From Isurus oxyrinchus (taxonomy: Eukaryota), in the NCBI GenBank assembly GCA_026770705.1, contig JANJGN010000018.1:80600001-80664000 (forward strand): a DNA stretch of 64,000 nucleotides, written 5' to 3'. A program made the translations under genes and the position numbers. Shown in pieces: positions 12,734-26,879 of this stretch (within the stretch, counting starts at the first letter, position 1; every line of letters starts with the position of its first letter). Under the pieces are notes generated by a model, which saw only the letters and a list, made by a program, of their open reading frames with translations, did no database searches and was not told the DNA's origin.

Positions 12734-13360
12734 CTAATACAGTTTGAACCTCTTTTTGGAAGGACACACATATGAAAGAAACACATCTATTTCATTCTTT
12801 ATAATGACTCACTCGGGTGTAAGTTATTTGGCAGCTAATGTGCTATTGTCATCTCCCAGGCATCCAGAAATGCCACATTGATGCCTGTGAACATCTTCCT
12901 CATCACTAAATCCAGTTGGTAGGAGCATCACCCAGAAGGAAAAAACAGTTGGGAGCAGAATTCTTGTTTCCCAGTTTTTACTGTTTTTCCCTTCTGAGCG
13001 TCACTGTTGTACAGACTGACATCTTGTGAATGGTCCTGAACGTTGGCTGTCTTTATCACAACCCCTATATCCGGACTTGTGCCTATCAACTGTAGAATAG
13101 GCCCCTGATTCCCTGTAGTGTCTGGATATGTGGTTCTTCTGGAATGTGACTGAAATGGGGCCATATGGTGATGGCAATAACTGTGTCCTTTCCTCCTTTC
13201 ATTTCATCCAGTTTATTTGAAATGTAGGGAATTTCCAGGCTTGAAATTGGGTTGAATTGGAATGGGAGGTCATGAAGACGGAAACCCATTGCGATGTTGT
13301 TTTCTGTGTCCACAGCAAGGTGAGGCATCACTAGAATTTCCCAGATCAAGATTTTGAGAC
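12734..13360 (-). pseudogene. NXPE3: Orphan NXPE3-like terminal exon, copy C (decayed)
   Basis: PHLAVDTENNI...[17 protein letters not shown]..., VVIKTANVQ...VSLYNSD and the C-terminal ...FLSYVCPS segment. Acceptor reads TTTTAT instead of TTTTAG. Frameshifts and a 72-bp hairpin insertion. Confidence 0.9.
12929..13000. mobile_element. 72-bp palindromic MITE-like insertion inside NXPE exon copy C
   Basis: CACCCAGAAGGAAAAAACAGT ... ACTGTTTTTCCCTTCTGAGCG. Absent at the equivalent position in the other two exon copies. Confidence 0.75.
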
Positions 13361-14184
13361 ATAAAACAGAAAATATAACAGTATTTAACATGTTTAGCCA
13401 TAACTTTGCTGATGCTAATATATGAAGGTGTGAAGGTTGGGGGAGGAGAATATCATTTCAAGCAGAATCTCAGCAAAAATACAGGGTAAAAACGAGTTAC
13501 TTGTATCTGGTGATTGGGAGGGAGGTTGGATCCAGGGACTGGCACCTGGAACTGGCTGAAAGGGCTGAGATGCCCAGTGGTAAAACTGCTGAGTGTGTTA
13601 CCAACAACAAATCAGTTGTTTGAAAAAGGAGAGAAACATTTTTACTTGAATAGATAGGTGGGATTGCAATTGATTTTACAACAAACAGATATTTATTTCC
13701 TTTTGCCTCAAAAATTATTTGTAAGTCCTCCCTGATGTTTCACTGAGCAACAGCACCACCTGGTGGAGCCCTGAGTCATTCCGATCTGGAAGTTTTCAGG
13801 TTCGAGTTCCTGTTGGGTTAGTTGATCTCAGCTGGAGGGAGAGAATGGGCACTATAATTAGCCTCTATGCCTTGAGCTGCAGAGGAGAGGAAAAAAAATG
13901 AAACAACCATGTCCATTGACTATTCAATAATGCCCCCGTGCTGGAAAGCTTATGTGCACTGGATTAAATAAAAACAGAAAATGCTGGAATAGTCAGCAGA
14001 TTTGGCAGCATCTGGGAGTAAGAAACAAAGTTAACATTTCAGGTTGATGACCTTGATGCTGAGTATTTCCACAATTTTCTGTTTTTATTTCAGATTTCCA
14101 GCATTTGCAGTATGTTGCTTTCGGATGTGGCCACTGGGTGTTGTAGAGGATCATATGGGGTTTGCTTGTGATACCAATTACAGT

Positions 14185-15415
14185 TGGCATCTCTTCTGTC
14201 TGTAACCTCAGGTGTCCCCCACGGATCTATCCTTTTCCCCCTCCTATTTCTCATGTACATGCTACCCCTTGATAACATCATCCAGAAGCACAGCATCAGT
14301 TTTCACATGCACACTAACAGTATCCAGCTCCACCTCCCAATGATCTCTAGACTCCTCAACTGTCTCTAAACTACAGACTGCTTATCCGACATCTAGTACT
14401 GGATGAACAGAAATTCCCTCCAATTTTATATTGGGAGACTAAAGCCATTGTCTTCTGTTCCCCTCTCCAAATTCCATTCCATAGCAATTGATTCTATTCC
14501 TCTCCCACCGGTTGTTCACACCTTAATGCCACATTTGACTCCAGAATGAACTAGTGATGACACATCCATGTTATCACTATGACCGCATTTCCACCTTCGT
14601 TACATCGCCCAACTTCACCCTGCCTCAGATCATCTCCTGCAGAAACCCTCATTCGTGCTTTTGTTGCCAGTATTCCTGACTATTCCAATGCTCTGCTGGC
14701 TGGTCTCCCACATTCTACTCTCCATAACCTTGAGGTCATCCAAGACGCTGGTGCTCACTTGTACAAGGTCCAGCTCACCTTTCACCTTGCGCTTGCTGAC
14801 TTACATTGACTCCTGGTAAAGAAACATCTCGTGGCAGAATTCCCAGCCTCTGACCTGCTCTTGGCTCATTGGTAACCCCCAGTAAGTTGATAGTGGGGGA
14901 TTCAGCGATGTTAATGCCATTGAATGTCAAAGGGAGATTGGTAGATATTCTCTTATTGGAAATGGCACTTTTATGAGGTGAATGTTACTTGTGACTTATC
15001 TACCCAAGCCTGGATATTGTCCAGATCCTGATGCATTTGGACATGGACTGCTTCAGTATCTGAGGAATCACGAATGGTGCTGAACATTGTGCAATCATCA
15101 GTGAACATCCTCACTTCTGATCTTATAATGGAAGGAAGGTCATTGGTGAAGCAGCTGAAGATGAATGGGCTGAGGAACTCCTGCAGTGATGCCCTGGAAC
15201 TGAGATGATTGACATCCAACAACCACAACCATCTTCCTTTGTGCTAGGCATGACCCCAACCAATGGAGAGTTTTCCCCCTGACTCCCATTGACTCCAGCT
15301 TTGCTTGGGTTCCTTGATGCCACACTCTGTCAAATGCTGCCTTGATGTCAAGGACAGTCACTCTCACCTCACCTCTGGAGTTCAGCTCTTTTGCCTATAT
15401 TTGAACCAAGGTCCG
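14185..15415. mobile_element. L2 fragment (14185-14830 plus) abutting CR1/L2-group LINE fragment (14835-15415 minus)
   Basis: SVTSGVPHGSILFPLLFLMYMLPL, AETLIRAFVASIPDYSNALLAGLP (L2); LDIKAAFDRVWHQG (second family). Confidence 0.85.
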
Positions 15416-15558
15416 AGGGGAGGGCATTTAAGAATTAATCACGTTGCTGTGGGTCTGGAGTCACATACAGGCCAGACCAGGTAAGGATGACAGATTTCCT
15501 TCCCTGAGGGTATTTAGTGAACCAGGTGGGTTTTTGTGACAATTGACGATGGTTTCAT

Positions 15559-15675
15559 AACAAAAACAGAATTACCTGGAAAAACTCAGCAGGTCTGGCA
15601 GCATCGGCAGAGAAGAAAAGAGTTGATGTTTCGAGTCCTCATGACCCTTCAACAGAACTTTTCTTTTCAAGAAAA
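15559..15675 (-). mobile_element. Mini PLE terminal-repeat insertion with hammerhead-like motif and perfect 14-bp TSD
   Basis: GACGATGGTTTCAT at 15545-15558 and 15676-15689. The insert reads AGUU-CUGUUGA-A-GGGUC(AUGAG)GACUC-GAAAC-AUC-AACU on the minus strand. Confidence 0.85.
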
Positions 15676-16345
15676 GACGATGGTTTCATTGTCACCATTA
15701 CTGAGGCTAGCTTTTTTAAAATGCCAGATTTTAAAAAAATTGAATCTAAATTCCACCAGCTGCCGTGGTGGGATTTGAACTTAAAGCTTTAATCTGGATC
15801 TCTGGATTACCAGTCCTGTGATATTACCACAATGCCACTGCCTCCTTTACACTGCTTTTTTTCCAGAGACACCCACAGGGCAGTGGGGCTATTTCCCCAG
15901 AGCTGGGGTTCTGGCTCGTGGACATGAGAGTGTAATCACATGCTGGTGGACATTCCGTCTGGGGACCAGACCTCCTCCGACTCACCTGTAGTTTAGACAG
16001 GGCCTGTGGGGTATCCAATTTACATATGTCACCATGGGGAGGCAGTACACTGGGCTTGCTGACGAAGAGACTAAGTCCTGGCAGGGACAGGCTAACACAG
16101 TTGCCTCTCTTTTTCACAATACTTACTCTGCTAACCGGTGGTAAGAGCTGAAAGTGAGAGGTGAAAAGCAGACAAACAACTACACATCACCCACTACACT
16201 AACACACCTGATGCATTGCATCAGCCAGAGATATATTGATGTATAAATGTATACATGTACATAAAGTACAGGCACAGGCAGAAAGACAGTTTAGTTTATA
16301 GAGGTTCACAATGTGTAATAATTTTCCCCAGCAATTAAGAGCTAG

Positions 16346-16960
<615 letters not shown>

Positions 16961-16970
16961 TGAGAAATAA

Positions 16971-17830
16971 TGCACACACACGCAGATGGATGCATATACA
17001 CATACACATGCACATGGATGCATATACACGTACACACGCACACGGATGTATATACGCATATACTCTTACACTGGATGTACACACACACACGCGGGTGTAT
17101 AAACACACACGCGGGTGTATAAACACACACGCGGGTGTATAAACACACACACGCGGGTGTATAAACACACACACGCGGGTGTATAAACACACACACGCGG
17201 GTGTATAAACACACACACGCGGGTGTATAAACACACACGCGGGTGTATAAACACACACACGCGGGTGTATAAACACACACGCGGTTGTATAAACACACAC
17301 AGGCGGGTGTATAAACACACGCGCGTGGGTGTATAAACACACGCCCGCGCGGATGTATAAACACGCACGCCCGTGCGGGTGTATAAACACACACGCACGC
17401 CCGCGCGGGTGTATAAACACACACGCACGCCCGCGCGGGTGTATAAACACACACGCACGCCCGCGCGGGTGTATAAACACACACGCACGCCCGCGCGGGT
17501 GTATAAACACGCACGTGCAGATGTATACACACACGCACACATGGGTGTGTATATATACACACACACACGATTGTATGTACATACACACGGGTGTATAAAN
17601 NNNNNNNNNNNNNNNNNNNNNNNNNNNNNNNNNNNNNNNNNNNNNNNNNNNNNNNNNNNNNNNNNNNNNNNNNNNNNNNNNNNNNNNNNNNNNNNNNNNN
17701 NNNNNNNNNNNNNNNNNNNNNNNNNNNNNNNNNTACACACAGGCTCGCACAATCAGAGATACACACAGAGAAAAAGACATAGGTACACACATGTATATAG
17801 GGGACACAAATACAGGTACAGTCACACACA
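16971..17830. repeat. CA/purine-pyrimidine-derived minisatellite
   Basis: Units GCGGGTGTATAAACACACAC(AC) of 20-22 bp, then 30-bp units GCGGGTGTATAAACACACACGCACGCCCGC. Runs into the N-gap at 17600-17733. Confidence 0.95.
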
Positions 17831-17832
17831 CA

Positions 17833-18505
17833 GGGTAGAATTTTCCCCCTGTTAGGGGGAGTTGTACGGGGTCGGGCACGAACCTGATCTGCATCCCCGA
17901 TCAGGTCCGTGCTGCCATTTTACGTGGGCGGGCCAATTAAGGCCCACCCAGCGTGACGCTCGCCCGGAAGCGCTGAGTGTTCCAGGCAGGGTAGGTGGTC
18001 CCTGAGTCGGGATTGCGTTCTTTCGTGCTTGCGCATGAAAGAGAGCAGAAATCTCCCTGGGGCACAGAGGTGCCTCAAGGAGATTAGTTTTAAGTTTTAA
18101 CAGTTCAATAAAGTGTTGTAAAAAATTTTTACGACATGTCCCCTCATATGAAACTGTCACATGAGCTGGGACACATGCATTAATCTTAATAAAAATTTTT
18201 CTGAAGACTTTAAATCATTTGTGAAACCTCATTCCGCCCGTGGATGAGGTTCCATGAAAAATGTGAAGGCCGCCTGGGCTCTTCACCTTAAGGCTGGTTG
18301 GGCAGCTTTCTCAATAGGTTTAACCAGTTAATTAATGGCCTTAACAGGCCTTTGACAGTTCGGTGGGTGCACAGCTGCATGCCCACCAAACTAAAAATCT
18401 AAATGATGCGCGGTGACGTGGGGACACACCCCGACATCACCGCGCGTCATTTTACACCTCGGTGAGCAGGCCCTGCCCCCGCTCGCCGAGCCGAAGATTC
18501 AGCCC
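17833..18505. mobile_element. Harbinger-type MITE
   Basis: Termini GGGTAGAATTTT ... AAGATTCAGCCC resemble the AAAATTCTGCCC end of the coding Harbinger at 41468. Subterminal CCAATTAAGGCC and CpG-rich motifs are shared with 41280-41468 and 53186-53380. Confidence 0.8.
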
Positions 18506-18644
18506 AGANNNNNNNNNNNNNNNNNNNNNNNNNNNNNNNNNNNNNNNNNNNNNNNNNNNNNNNNNNNNNNNNNNNNNNNNNNNNNNNNNNNNNNNNNNNN
18601 NNNNNNNNNNNNNNNNNNNNNNNNNNNNNNNNNNNNNNNNNNNN

Positions 18645-18752
<108 letters not shown>

Positions 18753-21029
18753 TAAATACTGTATTGAATCTGTTCCAACCAAATTTCTGTTACCATGTAA
18801 TTCAAAATCTGAATGATGACATCAGTACTGTTATGGCTGTGTAACTGCTTTTTCAAACATGACCAACAACTCTCTTTTTAAAACAAATGATGACTTTTGA
18901 ATTATTCAAGTGTGGGAGTATTAATGGTTGTTGTAACCAAATGAGGATTTATTTTTTTCTGTGTACAAATATTCCATTATAACTGGAGCAAAGGTGATGG
19001 AGTTAGTCCATTTAAAAGCGCTGCTGCTCATGGCGATTGACTGTATCGCTGAGGGGATTTTCACAAAGCAAGGTGAAGGCTAACTCCACATCCCTCATTT
19101 TCAATGGGAATTCATGTCAGTTAAGTGAGAGCAGAGGATTTGAGAGTGAAGAACGAATGCACTGAAAGCCAAGGATGCAGTAGACTTTGAACTTAAGACC
19201 AAAGATTCTGAGAGAAAGAGGACTTGGGAAGAGGCATGGAGATTGAGAATGAGAAGTGAGGCAGCTTTGGCGTTCATATTGGAACAGTGAAAGAAACCTA
19301 CAAAGAAAGAAAAGATTGGTGAAGGAGGAGATAAAGTCTGTGGGTGAGGAGAATGGGAACATTTGCTGCTTTTCTCACCTACAGGTGCAAAAACAAGGAA
19401 AGAAAGTGAACAAAATGAGTGTGTGACCATAAAATAAGCCACCAACATGGCCGAACCAATATATTCTTCTCCATCTGTCCTCATAGCAAAAATGCTTGAA
19501 TACTGAGGTAACCTGGTCAATGTTTTGTTTTTTGGATATGGTGTTCCTATTGTTTTTATTGGAGATAACATATTGGCATTGATAGGGGAAATAATTAGAG
19601 GTGAAAGACAGAGACTTAGGAGATGTCTATGTACTGAAATTGACAGGAAATTACTTATGGTGTCCTCAGGGAGCAGTACTGGAGCTGAAGCTTTTCACTG
19701 TAATTATAAATCACTGACATGAAGGAATTGTGATGATTCATATGTTTTGGAAAAAGCCTGTATTTTCCTTTTGTGCAATGTCCCCTTTAATTCCAGATTG
19801 AAACTGGTGTGTATTCTGTAAGTCGACTTCCTAGCAGACAGTTTGGTTCCAAGAAATGCCCACCTGATCTGAGGTTGCCAGAAGGATGGAAAGCAGAGGA
19901 TAAACAGAAAACTAATTGCAGTAGTGCCAGGTTCCAGCTTGCCTTGTGGTAGATAGTTCGGAACACAGAATTCAGGCAAGAGGAAGCAAGCAAAGCTCTC
20001 TATGAATAAATCTGTTTTCTATTTTGTAGTGAGAAGAGAATACAACTGGTCTCGGAGCCTGCAATTCAGAACAGATCCTGGCTTTTAAGCAGAACTCTGC
20101 AAATAGAGAAGGAACTTCATTATTATGTGTGTTATACAGCTGGAAAGAACAGAGAACTGGAGACTGGGAGAGCAGGGGATCGTGGATTAGACAAGACCTA
20201 CTGCTGCTATTTCAGTTTTGCTAGAGCCAAGCAGAATGTTTAAAGTGGCCAGAGAAGGAATTCTCTAGGGATTCTGTGCCATCAGAATTGTCACGATCTG
20301 AGTGAGAGAGGATTCGTGGAAATGCGCCTTGTCAGCGTTAACCATATCTGGAGACCTCGGATAGAATGTGGCTGCTGGTGAAAGCAAATTGAGGCCTGCA
20401 TGCACCCTTGACCTTTCCACCAGCACTTCCACATTTGCCCTCAGTCTCTCTTCCCACTACTCCCAACCTTGCCTCCCAGACTTGTTTCCTGCCCTTGCTT
20501 CTCTCCCCTGCTTCCTGCTCTACCTGCCCTTGTCTCCCGGTCTTGCTTCATGGCCTTGATTCCCAGCCTTGCTTCCTGCCCTCTGTTCTTACATTAGTCC
20601 CCAGGGTCTGTTGTTCAGTTGCTCCCTTCTCCAAGTTCCTGGCTCCCCTTTTGAACCCACAATGAAGTCCTCGCTCCGTCTTGTGGCCAAAGTTGGTCAG
20701 TGCCGGTAGCTGTGGGACTTCAGCTGCTACTGTCATTGACAAACCTCTGCCACTAGATGGAGCCTGATCAATTTAAATGTATTGTACTGTAACTGAGTGC
20801 AATTCTTAAAACATTTTACATTTATTTTATATTTAGTTATGTATGTTATTTAGCAACTTATTTCAGCTAGGAATGCACAGTACTGCACATTTATATTACA
20901 GTATTTCAACTTGTACATTGATTTTGTAAGAAATTAGGGCCTTGAAGAAGCTTGTATCTTCTGCATAGTATAGAACCCGTATGAGATTAGCTAATACAGC
21001 ATTGATTCTCTCTCTCTGGAAATGTCAGT

Positions 21030-22150
21030 GTTACTTGGTTCTGGCTTCCATGTTGATATTCCTCAATTGGTAAGATGGTGCCTCATGTACCCCCTTATCC
21101 ATGTAAGTGTTTAGAAAGGGCCAGGATATAACCTTCAGCATGATGTAAACTAAAAGCCTGACCTTGAGCAGGGTGACGGACAGGGGAGGAGGTGACAACC
21201 CTGACATTTTGCGCCCCTGTCCTGTATCCATTGATGATAAGGGTTTGAATAAGGGATCGACTCTGGGTAAGCTACCAGTCCCCAGGAAAAGGTTAACAAG
21301 TGCTCAGGGACTGGGACAGTCCTTGTCAGATGGCAGTGCTTGTCAGGCCTTCTACAGATGGAGGATGGACCGGAGGAGGAGGAGGAAAACCGAGGGAAGA
21401 GTTCCCTATCACTTTGACTAGACTGCAGAATGCTGCTTTCACAAGCTACTGAAATCAGCACACTCTGTGCCAACCATCCATTCATCCTCTGGGATCAGTG
21501 AATCACTCTCAACTGTCACGGGTCATATGCTCCATCTGTCTAATTAATTAATGCATCATATCTAAACTGTTGCTTCTGAATAAGCTATCTTAAAATTACT
21601 TACGAATAGCTAACAGCCTAACTTAGGCAGCTGTGGCTCTGTGGCTTACAGACTGGTGTCAGAAGTGGGATCCACAGTAGTCGAGGTGTCATTAGAATTT
21701 GAGAAGCAATAGTCTTAGGTTGCGATTCAATGCATGGAGTAGTTATCAAGTGAAGCCAGCGACCACAATTGCATTGGCACATTTTGGGGAATGATTGATA
21801 GAGAATTTGACTGCGTAAATAGGCAGGCCTGGAGTGAGAGATAAGCTGGGAGATGTAGAAGAGTGCAATGGAGATTACAAGTGCATCTTTGTTGGACTTT
21901 CTAAAAAGATTCTGAAAGGAAAGATTAAACTGAAAGTAACCCAGGCTAAGTTGGTCTATGGTGCATGTGTATTTGCCTTACAGCTGAATAAAAAGTACGA
22001 ATAGTTCAGGGAGTAGGTCAGTAAGTTACAAAAGGAGTTGACCCATTCAATCAGTTATAGCGGAAACAGGAGGCACATGATGGAGCATGTTATACAAGAT
22101 AAAAAGCCTGGCCAAACACTAGAACCCGTGAAGGTTAAAGTGACTTAATG
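21030..22150 (+). mobile_element. LTR fragment with tRNA-Leu primer binding site and decayed leader/gag
   Basis: ...GGCTTACA (21650) followed by TGGTGTCAGAAGTGGGAT (21654-21671), the complement of a tRNA-Leu 3' end. LTR start is uncertain. Confidence 0.7.
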
Positions 22151-22737
22151 TCATTGTATCAAAAAATGTTAGTTGAGAAACACTACTTGTCTGACATCCA
22201 ACCCTGGTTGAGAAGGGCCAACTAAATATTGGGAAGAGTAAAGCCATTGTCTTCTCTCCCCGTCACCATATCCATTTCTCTCCCTTATCACCATCTGAAT
22301 TTGAACATGACCATTCACAACCTTGATATCCTACTTGACCCCGAGATGAACATCCAACCACATAACCACTCCATCACCAAGAACACTTAATTGCACCTCG
22401 GTAACATCATCCATGTTGACCCCACTTAACATTCACCTATGCCTTTGTTGCCTCTTGACTGGCTATTCCAATGTTTTGCTAGCTGGCCTCCTGTATTTCC
22501 CCCTCCATAAATTTGAACTTTATTTCAATCAGTCGCCTTGTTTTTGTGTGTTACCATGTCTTGATGAGGTTTTGCTTATTCTACAAGTGACTTGAGATAG
22601 TCAGTATATAGTTTTCTCTTGAAACTATTTATTAAAAGCAAATTACAAAGACCTCATGATGAGTACATGGTGTTCAGGACACAGACTGTTCTGCATCTTG
22701 CTCTCTTGGAGCCTCGTGGTCATCTCACTTAAATTAG

Positions 22738-23037
22738 GAGAGATAAACACAAGAGGTCATGGCTTTAGGGTGAAAGGGGAAAGGTTTAAGGGGAACATCA
22801 GGGGGAACTTCTTCACTCAGAGAGTGGTGAGAGTGCGGAACGAGCTACCATCTGACCTGGTAAATGCGGGCTCACTCTTAAGTTTTAAGAATAAATTGGA
22901 TAGATACATGGATGGGAGAGATCTGGAGGGTTATGGACTAGGTGCAGGTCAATGGGACTAGCGGAATAATATTTCGGCACAGAGTAGAAGGGCCGGATGC
23001 CCTGTTTTCTGTGCTGTAGTGTTCTATGGTTCTATGG
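22738..23037 (+). mobile_element. CR1 3' end
   Basis: TRGHGFRVKGERFKGNIRGNFFTQRVVRV and a (TTCTATGG)n tail. Confidence 0.9.
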
Positions 23038-23149
23038 TCATGCTTACATCATCGTAAGCATCATTGTCTGATTAACATAATCATTAACCCTTTACTCTAC
23101 ATCTGTCCTTCCCCCAAGAATGATCTTGAAACTGTTACATTTATTTGTT

Positions 23150-24480
23150 GAACTATTCACATTACATTCCCAGCACCTTCCCCCCAACTCCTCCCCCTCG
23201 CCAAGTCACTGTCACCAAAGGCTTCAATCTCCAACAGTGTTCTCTGCTCTCTTGGGGGATGTGGCGGACATCTGTGTTCCCAGATCTTCTGCTTGGAAGA
23301 CAAGCATATTGGTGGAGAGGGACAGCAGCTTCTCACGACTGTCGATTCATGGGGCTGTGGCTCTTACAGCAACCTGATCACAAAGGGTTTGAAAACCAAT
23401 CAAGGAGACACTGGCTCAAGAGAGAAATCTTCAGAACTCAGACGATCACAACTCCTTGAAAATGGAGAGAACAAACTGACATTCTTGCTGTAATCTTCTT
23501 CTTCTGCATTGCACACTGGAGAAAGACTTGAGAAAATGAAGCACTTTCAGCTCCTCTGAGGAACTTTGCAGCTGTAACATTCACTGCTGCTGTGATGATG
23601 AAAGAAGTATTCAATACCTGAGCAATAACTGAATTTTGAAATAATAAAAAGAAGAATGAAAAACATCCTGAAGGCATTTCAGGATACGAAGAAAAGAAGA
23701 CTTTGCCTACTGCACTCAGGTAGGATTTTCACTGTCTGTAGGTAGTGGTATCATTTCCACTGTAGGCAATGGGATCATGATGTCAGCATGAGAAACTAGG
23801 AGGGCCACATCTTCAACAATGGAATAAACCTCTGGGCCAGGGTGTCTATGAAATTCCTGCAGAATACTCTTCAGGTGTAGAAGCTCTGTAGTTCAGGCCT
23901 CTGCTTCTTCTTTACTGATGGAAGGTTTGGGTGTATCAATGACTTGTTGGTGAGATTCAAGTGTGAGCTGCAGTTTACATCCATACAAATTAATAAACTC
24001 TGAACTTTCTCTATTGGTTTGATCCAACTTGGAGTTGAGGATCTCGTTCTCCCTGGACAGTTCACTGCTGTCAGCCTGCAATAGTTGATGCATGACATCG
24101 ATGGGCTGAGTGGAATAAGTACACAAATTCACCTCTTTATTACCATCTCCAACATCTTCAGCTCCTCAAGAAAGACAACAGAGACTTCAGAAGCATTGAC
24201 AGTGGAGCTAAAGAGCATAGTAAGATCTAGGACCTCTTATGCTAACAAATTAACTACTTCTGCAATGGCTTCACCCTCCTGAACTCTGTCAGGAAAGAGC
24301 CAACCAAGGTATAGAGGCTTCTCTAGAGGATGGTCACCAGCTTTTTAAGTGCCTCTTGTTTCCACCTCTTCTAGCCTGTCTTCGAAGAGATGTGAGAGAT
24401 CTGCAATATCCTCCCTGTGGTCCAGTGGATGAAGTTCCTGCAATTCTCCTTGATCTCTCCACTCCTCCAATTCCACCCTC
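23150..24480 (-). mobile_element. Probable decayed LTR-retrotransposon internal remnant (gag-like)
   Basis: Broken minus-strand ORFs of gag-like composition and a G-rich purine tract near 23165-23200. No unambiguous motif. Confidence 0.3.
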
Positions 24481-24779
24481 TTATTTAACACGGATTTAAA
24501 TCATTCCAACATTGACCATCATACCTTCAGAAGGCTGGACTCTGAAATTGCCACTCTAAACCTCTCTGCATCTCTACCTCTGTTCTTTAAAATACTCCAT
24601 AGAACTTAGCACTTTGACCAAGCTTTACATCACCTATCCTAATTTTTCCTTATAAGGCTCAGTGTTAATTATTTTTGATAACGTTCCTGTGAAGCACCTT
24701 GAGATTTTTTATAAACACATCATACAAATGCACATTGTTGTTGATGTGCAAGTTTATCCAGTTAGAACCCATAAAGATA

Positions 24780-25970
24780 AATCACAGTATTCCCTAAACA
24801 CTGAGAAGCTAAGAAATGTGGATAATCGAAGAGATTTAGGGGGTGTAGTACAGAAACCATTAAAAGTTAGTGGACAGATGCAAAAACATAAGAAAATGGC
24901 TAATAGAATGTTAGCCTATATCTCAAGGGGGCTGACAAATCTTCAACTTCAATCCATCTTCCCACACTATCCCCAATACCGTTGATTCCTTTTGTTTCCG
25001 AACATCTACCAATCTCTGGGCTAGAGAATTCCAAAGATTCTCAATCCTCGAGTGAATAATTTTCTCCTCATCTCATCCCAAAATAGCCGACCGATTATTC
25101 TGAGTCATGACCCCTAGTTCTAGGCTCCCCAGCCAGGGAAACACCCTCCCTACATCAACCCTATTAAGCCACTGGAGAATTTTATATTCTTCAATGAAAT
25201 GGAGTATAATGTGGGAAAATGTGAGTTTGTCCCCTCTGACAGGAAGAATAGAAAAGCAGAACATTATTTAAATGGAGAAAAATGGCAGAATGCTGCAGTA
25301 CAGAGGGATCTGGGTGACCTTGTACATGAATATCAAAAAGTTAACATGCAGGTACATCAAATAATAAGGAAAGCAAACAGAATGTTGGGGGATTGAGTGT
25401 AAAAATAGAGAAACCCTTGTTGTACAAGGCATTGGTGAGATTGCCCCAAGATTACTGAGTATAGTTTTGGTCTCCTTACTTAAGAAATGATATAATTCCA
25501 TCAGAAGCTGTTCAGAGAAGGTTCACTCCACTGATTCCTGAACAAAGGAGTTATTTTATGAGGAAAGGTTGGACAGTTTGGGACTGTATCCATTGGAGTT
25601 TAGAAGAATCAGGGAAGATCTTATTAAAACAGTTAAGATCCTGAGGGGAATTGAAAAGGTGAATGCTGAGAGGATGTTTTCCTTTATGGGGGAATCTAGA
25701 TCAAAGGGACACAGTTTAAAACTTAGCGATCTCTCATTTAATTCTGAGATGAGAATTTTTTCTTTCAGAAAGTCATTAGTCTGTGAAATTTTCTTCCATC
25801 CAGAATGGTTTCATGAATATATTCAGGACTGAGTTTGATAGATTTTTGATCTATAAGGGAGTCAAGGGTTATGGGGAGCAGACAGCAGAATGGAGTTGAG
25901 GCCACAAAAAGATCAGCCATGGCTGAACAGACTCAAGAGACTGAAAGGCTTAATCCCCCTCCTAATTCTT
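24780..25970 (+). mobile_element. CR1 RT C-terminal fragments
   Basis: MEYNVGKCE, QRDLG, LEFRRIREDLIK motifs; a short inverted CR1 piece at 24950-25195. Confidence 0.8.
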
Positions 25971-26879
25971 GTGAGGCTGGATAGGAGAACTGGAATGTGC
26001 CAGAGTTTAAGTGAACAAGATTTCACAGGTGCTTTTGCTGTATTTATTAAAAAGTTAACATGGTTATGTCTATTTCTGAAGCATTTCTCAAAAGAGAATG
26101 CCTGGTAATTCCCTTTTTTAAAGGGAAAGAAAAAAGGACAAAAGAGGAAGAGAAACTTTGAATTCTAGGGAGGAAATTTGATCTCAACAAAGCAAAGCTG
26201 AGATTGTGTGAACAATGGGTAAGAGGGAAACTTGACCAAGATTCAGATTTAACTCCTGATTTTGATTTGTCAAGAAATATCTGCCCAGTGTCTAATTGTG
26301 AAGAAGGAGTTGTGATGTATTTTGTGTCACTTGAGAAAATTGCTAATTGTCACAATGTCCTAAGGAAAGCTACATGGTCATATTGCAAAGCGTGTTCATG
26401 GGGAAAGCATTCAGACGTGTATTCATCACTTTCAGATGTGCAGTCTAGTGATGGTGACACTGTGAAGAATGCTGTTCTCAAAGAGTTAGTGCCAGAAGCT
26501 TAAAGGCAAAAGCTTAAAAATCTGAGGAAGAAGCAATCAGATTTTTGTGGAATTTGCTAGAGGAAAGGAAATTATATTTGATAGGTCCTAAAGGGCTATG
26601 AAGATTGAGACAGATTTTGAAAACCATGCTAATAGAAGAATTTAAAATAGAGCACCTTCAGGAATAAGGTCCCACCTTGGCAACTATAAAGTTTCTAAGA
26701 TAAGGGGGGCTGCAATTATGACTGATGAATGTGGGTTGTCTCACAAACATGTGAATAGCAGCAGACCTTTGTTTGCAAACCCGCATAGAAACTGGAGAGA
26801 TAAGAGATCTGATAATGAGTTGAATACTGGTTATAGTGAGGAAGATAGCACAATGAAAAGACCAATATTCCTCAGAGTA

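Noticed and set aside
13740-13960. tRNA-like B-box GGTTCGAGTTCC
   Set aside because: No cloverleaf; more likely an old SINE head (similar sequence near 53030-53170).
17085-17520. CRISPR-like regular repeat
   Set aside because: Head-to-tail tandem units with no unique spacers; eukaryotic context; no cas genes.
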